From contig OX597834.1 in NCBI GenBank assembly GCA_951406725.2, forward strand, positions 28,830,001 to 28,894,000: a stretch of DNA of 64,000 nt, written 5' to 3'. The notes under the pieces are model-generated. The model did not search any database, was not told the origin of the DNA, and was given only the letters and a program-made list of their open reading frames with translations. The position numbers and the translations under genes are program-made. Origin of the DNA: Octopus vulgaris. Taxonomy: Eukaryota. Positions 40,099 to 53,069 of this stretch are shown in pieces (position 1 is the stretch's first letter; the number at the start of each line of letters is the position of its first letter).

Positions 40099-40763
40099 CC
40101 CGATTGCATTTCCATTCTCCCTTTTTCTGTTGTCCTCTTTTCATCGTTCACATCACAGTTTTGAAACTGACCAATTTTCCATTACATTTCAGACAGATTC
40201 AACACTGAGTTGTTGAAGCAGAAATATCGTTATAGCAAATATTCTGCTCAATACCACAGTTGCTTGACTTTAAACCACATGATTATGTCCCTTAGTGGCT
40301 GACAATATGTGCATCTTTGATCATGAGCAGGAGTGGAGCTGGAGCATCATATCCATGTGCTGAGAGGAATTCTTTTGGGGTTTGAATAAATGTAAGAAAA
40401 GCAAAGTTTGAAGGAAATATTAGCCATTTTTCATACTTTCTAGGGATAAGCAAATAGGAACTGACAGTTGCTACCCATGGACAAACATCGTGTTGTACAG
40501 TGTAATTCAAAACTAACAGAGCCTGTAAGAGGAAGGTTTTCTCTCAGAGAAGCATATAGGGTGTTGAAGAAGAGCCGAAAAGCAGTGATCCAACTGAAGA
40601 GAAGCAGAAAAGACAGCGCTGGATGAAGAACAGTGGAGATATATCATCGATAGCCTAAATTCCACGGGGAGTATGTATATTGATCAAACATTGGAATTCT
40701 CAAAGTAGTCGGCCCATCGTAGAAGAAATAGTAGTAAAATATCCCACAAATCTTTTCCATATT

Positions 40764-41058
40764 TAAATCTCAGAATGAGATTGAAACAGTAATCGCTCGA
40801 TAATGTAAAGTATAGAAGCCATCTTATCATGGCTAACCACATAGGGGATGGGGTGTTACTGTAGCTTTAAAGCCCCAAGAGATCGTCGTCTCTAGCTGGC
40901 TTTTGCGAGGAAGGGATGGCCTCCCTTTGCAAATACTTCAAGGGCACAGATATGGTGTCTAAAGCCAGCTAGAGACGACGATCTCTTGGGGCTTTAAAGC
41001 TACAGTAACACCCCCTCCCCTATGTGGTTAGCCATGATAAGATGGCTTCTATACTTTA
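40764..41058. mobile_element. Fold-back insertion with 99-bp inverted arms and a 12-bp TSD
   Basis: Arms 40805-40903 and 40961-41059 (1 mismatch); cttttccatatt at 40752-40763 and 41059-41070. Confidence 0.85.
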
Positions 41059-41229
41059 CTTTTCCATATTGTCTTAAATAAAGAAAAATTCGCTGAACAA
41101 TGTCGTTCTAAATACAATGTGTGAATACAAATGACGGGATTTTGACGACAGGGCGAATCTCTTTGATCGTTAAATCCGCTCGATCAAACTGAATGTGTGC
41201 TATGCAATAACACCAACAACAACAATAAC

Positions 41230-41340
41230 GAAACACTTCCATTTTCTCTGCCGCCCGCTTTATACAAATTTTGACAAGACGTGTCTGTAAAATGATCGAA
41301 GTTTCTTCCGGTGTCCATTACCGGAAGTAAGCCCGGAGCC
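41230..41340. promoter_or_regulatory. Inverted pair of ETS sites; candidate promoter or enhancer
   Basis: CTTCCGGT-gtccatt-ACCGGAAGT (41305-41328); GC-box-like ccgcccgc upstream. Confidence 0.5.
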
Positions 41341-41466
41341 TTTGTTGCTAAATATATTTACGTTGGACGTATTTTGAGATTTATTTATATATCAGAGTTA
41401 AAAAAAAGTGTGAAGGCGGGGTGGAAAGCGAGGGATTCAAAGGTGCTAGAAAACAAACAGTATATA

Positions 41467-41502
<36 letters not shown>

Positions 41503-41758
41503 TGTATGTATGTATGTATGTATGTATGTATGTATGTATGCATGTATGCTTGTATATTTATGTATATATATGTATACATATACATGCATTCACACGCATA
41601 CACACATACATAAATACACATATGCACACACACATACACACATGCGTACATACATTTCTATATATATATATATTTTTTTTTTCAAGTATTTATAAATCAG
41701 AATAAGGAATACGAAGGCGGAAGGAAAAAGACAGATAAATAGTGATGCAAAACAAACG

Positions 41759-41964
<206 letters not shown>

Positions 41965-42056
41965 TATACATCGCTACTCTAACGCAAATATCTGTATGTG
42001 ATGCATTCGCGCATATTTGGGTGGGGGTGCGTATATATGTACACATATACGCATGA

Positions 42057-42093
<37 letters not shown>

Positions 42094-42479
42094 TGTACGT
42101 GTGTTGATATAATGACTATGTTACAATGTTTTAACCCCAACGTTTGATATATTTACTCTATTTAAATTATTCACTGTCGCTGACATATTGCTAGTTTGGT
42201 TTCACAAGTCATTCAAGATGGCGTCTCCCAGTCCCATATAGAATGGTGGTGGTGATGGTCATGGTGGTGGTGATGGTCATGGTGGTGGTCGTCGTCGTCT
42301 TCATCGTCGTCGTCTTCATAATAATGATGGTTGTTTTGGTGATGATGGTGGTGGTGGTGATAATAGTGCTGGTAGGAGTGCAGGGTGGACTAGAGAATTA
42401 AGTGTGAGTGAAATGGAGTCGGTAAATGAGCGGGAGTGAGGCATAAGGCACAAGGCACAAGGCTAAGAAATTTTCAGGG

Positions 42480-42647
42480 AGTATAAGCTGATTACGTCGA
42501 CGCCCAGCGCTTAACTGGTACTTAATTTATCGCCGCCGAAAGGATGAAAGGCGAAGTCGACCTAGGCTGAATTTGAACTCAGAACAAAGACGGTAGAAAC
42601 TCCGCTAAGCATAATGTACGGCGTGCTGATGATTCTGCCTGCTCAAC

Positions 42648-42692
<45 letters not shown>

Positions 42693-43096
42693 GATGGATG
42701 GATGGATGGATGGAAGCACTCCGTCGGTTACGACGACGAGGGTTCCGGTTGATCCGAATCAACGGAACAGCCTGCTCGTGAAATTAACGTACAAGTGGCT
42801 GAGCACTCCACAGACACGTGTACCCTTAACGTAGTTCTCGGGGATATTCAGCGTGACACAGAGAGTGACAAGGCCGGCCCTTTTGAAATACAGGTACAAC
42901 AGAAACAGGAAGTAAGAGTGAGAGAAAGTTGTGGTGAAAGACTACAGCAGGGATCACCACCATCCCCTGCCGGAGCCTCGTGGAGCTTTAGGTGTTTTCG
43001 CTCAATAAACACTCACAACGCCCGGTCTGGGAATCGAAACCGCGATCCTACGACCGCGTGTCCGCTGCCCTAACCACTGGGCCATTGCGCCTCCAC
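42480..43096 (-). mobile_element. Degenerate SINE A (42480-42650) and full SINE C with tail a (42690-43096) in (TAA)n
   Basis: Reverse-complement matches to 6567-6955; (atcc)n tail. Confidence 0.9.
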
Positions 43097-43149
43097 AATA
43101 ATAATAATAATAGTAATAATAATAGTAATAATAATAATAATAATAATCT

Positions 43150-44300
43150 TGGAAGTTATGTGAGACAAAGGGGCATTAAATTATAAGCATCAAAGAGTTA
43201 AGTTCTAGTGTAAATCAATAAATAAAGGAAAAGGGGGTTACACTCTGAAAATTGGAATGAACCAGTGTAACAAAGGTCCAATAAAATAAAGGAAAAAGGG
43301 TTGTAGGGTTCAGCTAGTAGTAGCTTATTGCTAATTATCCAGTTTTATAATGAGCAAAATTTTCAAGGACTTATCTTTGCAGAAAGAAATTCTTTCAATA
43401 TGCTTATTTCGAACAGCTCCTTTAGCAAATTCGTTTCTAAACTTTCTGTTGTGCAGAAATTGCACGGTCTCTTATTGTCGGTGTATGACTTAGCTCTTAA
43501 AACAATGCTCCATTTAATTGTATGATTAATGTTCCTATTTTTCAAGCGCCTTATAACTTTTGAAGGTGAAGTTTAATTCTTTGCTATTAAAGTTCCTAAA
43601 AGTATACTTATGGCATATGGTCGGGACTTGAAAGGTGTACCAGTCAGGCCTATACGTATGTAAGTAATAAATTGTTCGTTATGTTGCACATATAAAGTGT
43701 ATTATTATCTAGGTATTTCAAGTCTAGAGGAGATTACTAGGGTTAATATTACAGAAATTAGTATTAAGGCTCTAGTTATAATCAGGGTTACCATAAGGTT
43801 GTGAACTAAACTTATGTAAGTTATAAAGAGTTACTGTGTACAAAATTTGATATGGTAAAGTAAAAATGTTTTATTTTCTCTTATTAAAATCCTATAACAT
43901 TTAAGCTGTTGATCGAAGTAATTACTACGTAACTTAAGGGAATACTCTCGCTACTTGGGTTTCTCAGGTTAAGTTGAATGGCGGAATTTATACCCAAATG
44001 GTGGCGGGGTGGTATTTATCATTATGTGAGTTTCTGTGTTTTAAGTTGGTCAATATAAAATATTTTCAGAACAAAGTGTTTGTTAGATAAGTATAGAGCA
44101 AATAATAAGAAAAAAGGTGATATAAGAAAAACGATGGTTATGTTATGAACTTCATGATATAAGCATCATTTTTTCCTTTGTCGTCTCTTTTTCTTATTCC
44201 TGCTCTACACTTGTCTAACACATTGTTCTGGAAAATACGTATATTGAATTCTACACCAGGTTATTAGTCGCGCAATGCCTAAACGAAAAATTATTAAAAT
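43150..44300 (-). mobile_element. Degraded Penelope-like element (RT C-terminus and GIY-YIG endonuclease)
   Basis: TYIGLTGTPFKSR near 43620-43660; IKWSIVLRAKSYTDNKRPCNFCTTE at 43445-43520; an IW.xPPF relic near 43975-44000. Multiple stops. Confidence 0.8.
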
Positions 44301-44310
44301 ACTTTTTGTT

Positions 44311-44651
44311 GACCACATGGTTCCGGGATCAGTCCCACTGCGTGGCACCTTGAGCAAGTGTCTTCTACTATAGCCTCGGGCCGACCAAAGCCTTGTGACT
44401 GGATTTGGTAGACGGAAACTAAAATATGTATGTGTGTTTGTATATGTTTGTAAATCTGTGTTTGTTCCCCCCAATATCGCTTGACAACCGATGCTGGTGT
44501 GTTTACGTCCTCGTAACTTAGCGATTCGGCAAAAGAGACCGATAGAATAAGTACTAGGCTTACAAAGAATAAGTCCTGGGGTTGATTTGCTCGACTAAAG
44601 GCGGTGCTCCAGCATGACCGCAGTCAAATGACTGAAACAAGTAAAAGAGTA
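44311..44651 (+). mobile_element. SINE family B, 5'-truncated
   Basis: Matches family B. Confidence 0.9.
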
Positions 44652-44849
44652 TACCAAGTTTTTAAATACTGGGCTAAATATTAAATCCATGATCTTTATG
44701 TTGTCTAAGCAAAGGATTAAATCCAACAAATCCAAAATTCTAAACAATAACACAACCCCAAATTTAAAATCAATAAAAATTTCTCCAAAACACCTGTCTA
44801 CCACAGTCCATTCTACAACCTAATTACCCCTCCACTCAAACCCACATAC

Positions 44850-44966
44850 GCCTGAAAGATGTTAACTCGACAGAGACTATATAAAGCCAAGATCAACTTT
44901 AATGTATGGCGGTCGGACGATGACTTATCTGGCCGAATCTTTGCAGTCACTGTCAATGATATTCTT
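44850..44966 (-). other. Candidate 117-nt symmetric exon ([14 protein letters not shown]...VNIFQ), unrecognised
   Basis: tatccttacag|...tttcaggc|gtatgt; one open frame, length divisible by 3. No homology recognised. Confidence 0.3.
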
Positions 44967-45001
44967 CTGTAAGGATAATATTCATGTGTATGTATATGTG
45001 A

Positions 45002-45061
<60 letters not shown>

Positions 45062-45068
45062 AGGTAGG

Positions 45069-45144
<76 letters not shown>

Positions 45145-45160
45145 CAGACAGGTAGTTAGG

Positions 45161-45236
<76 letters not shown>

Positions 45237-45480
45237 TGAAACTGAGAGACAGGTGGGCAGAGAGGCAAGCATGTAGACACACTGGCTTAATTCATTAAAC
45301 CAAAATATTTTAATTAATAAAAATTACACTTTTGGTGTCGAAGCAATAATTTTCTAAACGACTGGTTAAGAAACCAGAGATTTTAATTACTTTAAATTAA
45401 TTAAAAATCGAATTCATTCAGAAATGCGTCTCATCTCTATCGTTACAGTGGCTACGTGCTCACTTGGTTCGTATTAGACA

Positions 45481-45529
<49 letters not shown>

Positions 45530-45543
45530 ATGTGTGTGTGTGT

Positions 45544-45620
<77 letters not shown>

Positions 45621-45909
45621 CCTGCTCGCTTAGCCAGCGGGGTGGCGTCACTTGATGGCTAAAACAATGTGAAGCGCATTGTGACCAGCGATGTGTACCC
45701 ACATCTGATAGTCTGGTCGGAAGAAAAAAAAAAAATATATATATATATGTATGTATGCATTTCTTTATATAATATATATGTGTATGTGTGTGTGTGTGTA
45801 AGTATGTATATGCATGTATGTATATGTACATATACATACATGAGAACACACACACATGAACGGACGTATGCACATACACACACGCATACACACACACGCA
45901 TATATTTAT

Positions 45910-46230
45910 AGGGGTGGGGAGAATGCACACAAAAAAAACAAAAGACGAAGAAAGGTGTGGACAACAAACAGATGTATTAGTTTAACGCTCGAGAAGTGAA
46001 AAGTCTTTAACGTTTCGAGCCTGCGCTCTTCCACAGAAAGGAACGCAGAAAGAAACAAGGAAAGAAAATAAAGAATGTGTAGTGGCTAGCGATCTATCAT
46101 GGCGATTGTCGGACAGAAGGGTCACACAGGAGAGCTAGGAAGAAAGGGAGATAATAAAGTAGTGGTGATCTCAAGACGAAGGTGAGCGTGTGTGTGTGTA
46201 TAAGAGAGTATGTACGTGCGTGTGGAAGAG
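45910..46230 (-). mobile_element. Penelope-like terminal fragment (paralog of 5345-5535)
   Basis: Minus strand: ctgtggaa-gagc-gcag-gctc-gaaacg. Confidence 0.6.
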
Positions 46231-46247
46231 GGCTGATGACTTGACGT

Positions 46248-46301
<54 letters not shown>

Positions 46302-46734
46302 CCGCCCAAAAATGTATACATACTCCAAGAAAGAAAAACGTAGAAATATTTTAAATAGTAAATCTATTCAGACATTAAGGAATTAATAAAGTTACCTTTA
46401 ACCTTTTTACGCCGCCTCTTTTTTGTTTTTGTTTTGTTTGTTTGCTTTTTTTTTCTTTTGACCTTTATCAAAGTGGTTGTGTATCTTTAATTTTTTTTCG
46501 AATTTAAATGAAAAGTATTCAAAAACTTTTTTTATTTTAAAAATACCGTAATTTTTGCTGGTGGTGAGATGTGATACTGAAAAAGTTATTTTGCACTTGA
46601 CCAATTGTTGAGGTATTGCATAGTCAATGGGTGTTATTTTGAGATTAAAAAACCCCAGAAACTTTCTTATGACATCTTGGTGCTATTGCAAGCAAATGTG
46701 ACAAAGTGGTTGAATTATAATTGTTGTTTACGGA

Positions 46735-46965
46735 AGGCGGCGAGCTGGCAGAAACGTTAGCACGCCGGGCGAAATGCTTGGCGATATTTCGTCTGCCGCT
46801 ACGTTCTGAGTTCAAATTCCGCCGAGGTTGACTTTGCCTTTCATCCTTTCGGGGTCGATAAATTAAGTACCAGTTACGCACCGGGGTCGATGTAATTGAC
46901 TTAATCCGTTTGTCTGTCCTTGTTTGTCCCCTCTGTGTGTAGCCCCTTGTGGGTAGTAAAGAAAT
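46735..46965 (+). mobile_element. SINE family A, full-length monomer
   Basis: Complete head to tail; imperfect TSD tataattgt(tgt)ttacggaa. Confidence 0.92.
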
Positions 46966-47259
46966 ATATAATTGTTTACGGAACATAAGAACATTTTAAA
47001 GAGGTATTTCAAACTTGAGAATGTTGTGACAAAATCGAGAATGTGTGTGTGTGTATTATTCTTAACAAAGTATATTATTGACGGCGGACGATGGCTTAAT
47101 TGGCAGTCAAACGATGGTTTAACTAGCCGAAACTTTTGAAGTTACAGTCAATAATATTCTTGTTTAAGAATAATAAATTTGCACTATTCAAAATTATACA
47201 GTAATCCATCAGATTAATGTCCAATCGTTCTTATTGTAACTGAACATAAAAAGTAACAT

Positions 47260-47746
47260 TGTGTGTCTGTGTGTATATCTGTGTGTGTGTCTGTGTGTTT
47301 AACTTCGCGGCACATCTCCTCCTAGCCAACAAATCGTAGAACCACCAAAATTGGGTCACTTAAAGTTTAGGCGAATGAAAATTGAACTGCGCTATTTCTG
47401 TTCCGAAATTCATCTCGCAAGTGCAAAAATCGATAATGTGTTTGTTTAGGCCTTATCCCATGCATTGAATAGTGAACTTTACTCAGTTAGCTGTTTGACG
47501 TGAACTGTGTTCACCACGCGTGCAAGCATGCGTAAATTGCATGAAAAATAAAAAATCAAGATATAAAAACGAATCGCCGTAAACATTGTAGAAATTCGGC
47601 AAAGAAATGAATTTTCGGGATGTAGCCCGGAGGGTTTTTTCGTATTAATCGTTTGGACTTTGTGAACACATACCAATTGTTTTCATAACATTTTTAACGC
47701 TTTAAATTTAATGTGACCATTTTGCAAAGCCGGGCAATACTGCTAG
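47260..47746 (+). mobile_element. Non-autonomous Helitron-like element
   Basis: (TG) and gtctgt repeats near the start; 3' end gcaaagccgggcaatactgCTAG|t. Confidence 0.55.
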
Positions 47747-47854
47747 TTAACAATATATTAAACAATAGTTGTGATGCATGTGCCTGGTGTACCCTTATCA
47801 GACGGATAATCATAGCGGGTATATTAAGCTTCGCATATTTGTACTCTGGAGAAC

Positions 47855-48255
47855 GGGTAAGTCGATTACATCGACTCCTGTGTTCAACTGGTGCTCATTT
47901 TATCGACCCAGAAAGGATGAAAGGCAAAGTCGACCTCAGTGGAATTTGAACTCCGAACATAAAGACAGACGAACTGCCACTAAGCATTTTGCTCGGTGTG
48001 CTAACGACTCTGCCAGCTCGCCACCTTAAAATATGAAACGTTTCATGAATTTGCGTGTCATCCTTGCGTATAGCCATGCTAATAATGTTCTGTGTATCAT
48101 TTCAGTTTTGGAATATCTACTATCGAAGCTAGGACTTCAGCTCTACTGTAGACACGAGGCCTGAATCTGTGGTTTAGGGAGCTGATCGATTACATCGACT
48201 CCAGGGCTCAACTGGTACTTATAGCTAACATCAATCCCAAAAGGATGAAAGACAT
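47855..48255 (-). mobile_element. Two diverged SINE family A copies
   Basis: aaaggatgaaag cores. Confidence 0.75.
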
Positions 48256-48271
48256 AATACTGATAATAATA

Positions 48272-48360
<89 letters not shown>

Positions 48361-48559
48361 AGTGAGGCTGAAGCAAAACCGTGTATGAATAAGTGTGCTT
48401 GTGTTTGAGGGTGTTTGTGGTGGGGTGGAGTGGGGTGGGGTGCAAGACTGTTTGGGGTAATCACATATTCAACGGTAGTATCCGAGAGGTTAATTGAACG
48501 ATTTATTGATCTCGAAAAAATATTTACTGTAGGACAATGATAGGAGAGGCACAATAGTG

Positions 48560-48886
48560 ATGGTGGTCGTGGTGGTGGTTGTGGCGGTGGTGGTGGTGCT
48601 GGTGGTGGTGGTGGTGGTGCTGGCGATGGTGGTGGTGGTGGTGCTGGCAATGGTGGTGGTGGTTTGAGCGGTAGTGGCTGTGGTAGTGGCGGTGGTGATC
48701 TCAGTGTAGGTTGGTTCGTCGTTGATTCATTGATGGCGTCCATGTCGAAAATGTAGTGACATCGGTGGTGGTGGTGGTGGTCGTCGTCGTGGAGGCGGCG
48801 GCGGTATGTTGATGGTGGGGGTAGTAGTGGTGGGGTGGCGTCAGTTGTCTTGAAGTTGTAGTAATCGTCATCGTGTTGGTGGTCTC

Positions 48887-48919
<33 letters not shown>

Positions 48920-49296
48920 GGAAATACTGAAAGTATTGTTGTATTGGTGGCAGTGGTAGTGGTAGTAGAGAGAATGGTTGGGGTTTGCGATAGTGATGAT
49001 GGTCTAAGCAGCGATCGCCGTCGACCTCTTCTTACTAGTTGTAGTAGTGATGCTGATAGTGGTGGTGGTGGCGGCGGTAAGTGTGGTAGTAGTAGTGGTG
49101 GTGGTGATTATATATTGGTGGTAGTGGTGGTATTGGTGTTGGGAATACTGTGGAGTTGATGGTTTGGGCTCAGAGACACTTGTGGTAGATGTGGTGGAGA
49201 TGGAGGTAGTAGCGGTGGTAGTGGTGGTGATGGACATCGTGGGCGAAGTAGTGCTGGTAGTAACGATGTTGGTGATGAGGGGGGGCGAGCAATGAC

Positions 49297-49337
<41 letters not shown>

Positions 49338-49558
49338 CAGCAGCAGCAGTGGCGGCGGCGATGGTAGTGGCAGTGGTGGCGGCGGTGGTGGTGGTGGTGG
49401 CGGTGGTGGCGGCGGCGGCGGTGGTGGTGATGGCGGCGGTGGTGGAGGTGGTGGTGGTGGCGGCGGTGGTGGTGGAGGTGGTGGTGGTGGTGATGGTGGC
49501 GGCGGTGGTAGTGCTGGTGGTGGTTGTGACAGTGGTGGTGGCGGTATTGGTGGTGGAT
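48560..49558. repeat. (GGT/GGC/GTA) degenerate microsatellite region
   Basis: Seen directly. Confidence 0.9.
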
Positions 49559-49884
49559 TATTATTTAATGTGAAAAGTCATAACCACAATTTTCTGATAC
49601 TAAATCTCGGTTAATTAGATCCTTAATGAAACCATATTTGATTTAATTACTTCTACGTTCTTGTTGTTTAACCTCAGCTCAACTCTGATCGATTAAATCT
49701 GTGATCAAAGGCGTTCTTGCAGTGACCATCCAGTCCCGGCATTGCAAGAGTATGTCCATATGACAATATTCTCTATGGAGCGGAAACTTCGGTTATGAAG
49801 AATGAGCATAATAAGATAGTCTCGGGCACCACGTTTCTCATCATCATCATCCTCTTCAACGGCTGAACATTACTGTATCGAGAA

Positions 49885-50447
49885 GTGGAGGCACAATGGC
49901 CCAGTGGTTAGGGCAGCGGACTCGCGGTCATAGGATCGCGGTTTCGATTCCCAGACCGGGCGTTGTGAGTGTTTATTGAGCGAAAACACCTAAAGCTCCA
50001 CGAGGCTCCGGCAGGGATGGTGGTGATTCCTGCTGTACTCTTTCACCACAACTTTCTCTCACTCTTTCTTCCTGTTTCTGTTGTACCTGTAATTCAAAGG
50101 GCCGGCCTTGTCACTCTCTGTGTCACGCTGAATATCCCCGAGAACTACGTTAAAGGTACACGTGTCTGTGGAGTGCTCAGCCACTTGTACGTTAATTTCA
50201 CGAGCAGGCTGTTCCGTTGATTCGGATCAACCGGAACCCTCATCGTCGTAACCGACGGAGTGCTTCCCACTGTATCGAGTCAAGCGCAGGCGTGGCTGAA
50301 TGATAAGAAGTTTGCTCCGCAACCACATGGACCTGGGTTCAGTCCCATTGCGTGGCGCCATAGACAAGTGTCTTCTACTATAGCTTCAAACTGACCAAAG
50401 ACTTGAGAGTGGATTAGGCAGGCGGTAACTGAAATAAGTTCATCGTA
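49885..50447 (+). mobile_element. SINE C with tail a (49885-50268, TSD actgtatcgag) followed by a partial SINE B
   Basis: Matches families C and B. Confidence 0.9.
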
Positions 50448-50491
50448 CACACACACACATATACACATACATATGCACACACTCATATATG

Positions 50492-50522
<31 letters not shown>

Positions 50523-50549
50523 CTACACATACACAATGAGATTATACAT

Positions 50550-51385
50550 ATATACTATCCCAGTGAAGACCTCAAAAAAATGTAAGCACAACAGATCTGA
50601 TATAAAGATTTGGGATAGAGAAGTCAAATTGTGCACAGTTATGGAAGTCAGCTGCCCAGCGGATGCTAACATAAAGCTGAAGATCAGTGAAAAAGAGAAC
50701 ACCTATGCTGAACTATTGAGGAATCTGCTGTTACTCTATCCAGATTACAAGTTCAGGTTTATACCTGTAATTATTGGGGCACTTGGATACGTAACACACT
50801 GCCTAAGTACCAATCTTGTGATATTAGGCTTCTCAAAACCAGAAAGGAGAAAGCTGATTCGAAGACTACTAATCCACTCCATCACTGGAGCTCCATCACT
50901 CCATCACTCTAAAGCTTTCCGGGCGTTTATCATTTAAATGTATATGGGCATGTCTAGATATGCAACTATATGCATGAGAATACATACATAAAACATACAA
51001 ATCTGCACATATACATACATACCCCGTTGTTGATGTTGAAATTCTAATTACTGGGGTCCTGGGAAATGTAACACACTGCCTAAATACCAATCTTGAGAAA
51101 TTAGGCTTCTCAAACCAGACAAGAGAAAACTAATTCGAAGACTACAAATCATTAGAACGTAAAAATCTGTAAAACTTTCCAGAAGTTTATCATTTAAATA
51201 TATATGAGCATGTCTAGATATGCAAGTATATGCATGAGAATACATGCATACATACATACATACATACATACATGCAAAAATACCCCGTAGTTGATGTTGA
51301 ATTTCCAATGAAGGAGCCTTGGATCTAGGTTAGAAACCGGTTCTTTCTCTATTGGCAAGAAATCTTGAAATAAACTGAATAATGA
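50550..51385 (+). mobile_element. R4/Dong-like non-LTR retrotransposon 3' end (restriction-like endonuclease domain and 3'UTR), partially duplicated in tandem
   Basis: HNRSDIKIWDR...MEVSCP...EKENTYAEL...FIPVIIGALG matches the RPD..D/E..K..KY..P+++GALG pattern. The second copy starts near 51046. Confidence 0.85.
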
Positions 51386-52149
51386 CAGACAGACAGAGAG
51401 AGAGAGACATACACAGAACGTATTTCTTTGGCTTCGTACATTATATATGAAACGCATAATCATTTTTTTTTTCAACCGCTAGAGTAATTTGGGACTGATT
51501 GACAGGAAAGCTTTATATTAACTCAGAAGGGCTAAGTAAAAGTCTGAAAACAAGCATGGAAGTTTAGAACAAGCTTATGAAAATGCTTTTTAGCAGGCAA
51601 AGCTTTAATAAATAATTAGATCGGCAAGATTAAGACGGGGCTGGTGCTAATAAGAATTTCACTTAAGGAAGATACGACAGCGTTATTCCCAGCCAAGGGA
51701 AGTAACTGCTACAAGATTAAATGACTGTCGATATTTCATTGCAAGCATGATTACTTTTGTTATTTTTTCCCCGCTTCTAATTCAAATATATCCAAGACTG
51801 AATTATCGAATTTATCCTTTCTTTCATTTTTATTAAGAAAACAAAGTTAGTGTGGCTTGAATTATCGTTGAATGCAATTTTATGCACAAAACCAACTTCT
51901 TCCCTTAAATGATCGCTTATAAAAGTATAAACTTAGCCAACAGCAGTTATCTCCCTTACAACAGTGTCGTCTGATTTAATGTGTAGCCCGCTTTAAAACT
52001 GTAACTTAGAGGTTCGATAAATAGATTCCGCTGAAATATATACCAGACTGAATTAACCCTTTGCCAGTCCAAAGCATTTTCATCACTTTGCCTGAACATC
52101 CAAGGAGCTTTCAGACTTTTAGTTTAACACTTGTTGCATACATTCTTAG

Positions 52150-52400
52150 TAATGTTTACCAAACTGTTAAATTACAGGGACGTAAACACACCAACACTGG
52201 TTGTCAAACTGCAGTGGGGGACTAATACACACAAGCAAACACACACACACAACAGGCTTCTTTCAGTTTCTGTCTACCAAATCCATTCACAAGGTTTTGG
52301 TTGGCCTGAAGCTATAGTGAAAGACACTTGCTCAAGGTGCCACACAGTGGGATTGAACCCACAACCATGTAGTTGGAAAGCAACTTTGTTACCACACAGC
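52150..52400 (-). mobile_element. SINE family B, CpG-decayed
   Basis: Family B sequence with several CG>TG/CA changes. Confidence 0.8.
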
Positions 52401-52707
52401 TGTTCCTGTTGGGGACAGTGCTTGTATAGATCAAGGCAGAATCAATGTAGTCTGGAACAACACGGGCAAACTAAATTTTAATCGTGGCTTTCAGTGAATC
52501 TGGTTCAAGTGTTGTTTGTTTCACTCATGTGTGAGACTTTCTGGTATTGGATGTTCATTTACATCGATCAAGATGGTCAGGAATGATTTTTGAGAGAAAT
52601 CTGAGCTGTTATTTCAAGCAGGTCTGTTACCATTGCTGCTGGTTTTGATGTCCAACAGAACCAGTCTTGAATGCTTTCTTCCAGGGCTTTTCAGTCGAGG
52701 TATATGC

Positions 52708-52754
<47 letters not shown>

Positions 52755-53069
52755 TTATACATATATATATGTTTTTCAAGTGATGAATAGCTTTGCGTAA
52801 ACCATGGTTCGCTTTGTTTTCTTACTTTATTATCATCTTATAATCATCTCATAATAATGACTTTTATGACTCTTATTACTACCTCAGTCAATCTAAATGT
52901 ATATATTTGTCATTACCTGTCATAAATAGCCTTTTTTTTTTTATTTGCAATGTGCATTTTCGTTGATTTTTCATATTTTATACTTACATTTCCACGTGTA
53001 TTTTATATTTTCTTTTTGTAACATATTTCTACTATATATATATATATATATATACATACATACACACAC

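Larger units (their letters stand above)
38182..40712. repeat. Tandem duplication of about 1.26 kb (38182-39446, 39451-40712) with a 4-nt junction insert TATT
   Basis: Near-identical units catgaatttg...gtagtcgg; duplicated ORFs appear in the supplied track. Confidence 0.97.

Noticed and set aside
42212-42242. AAGATGGCG start-like motif on the + strand
   Set aside because: The frame stops after seven codons with no donor; at most a YY1 site.
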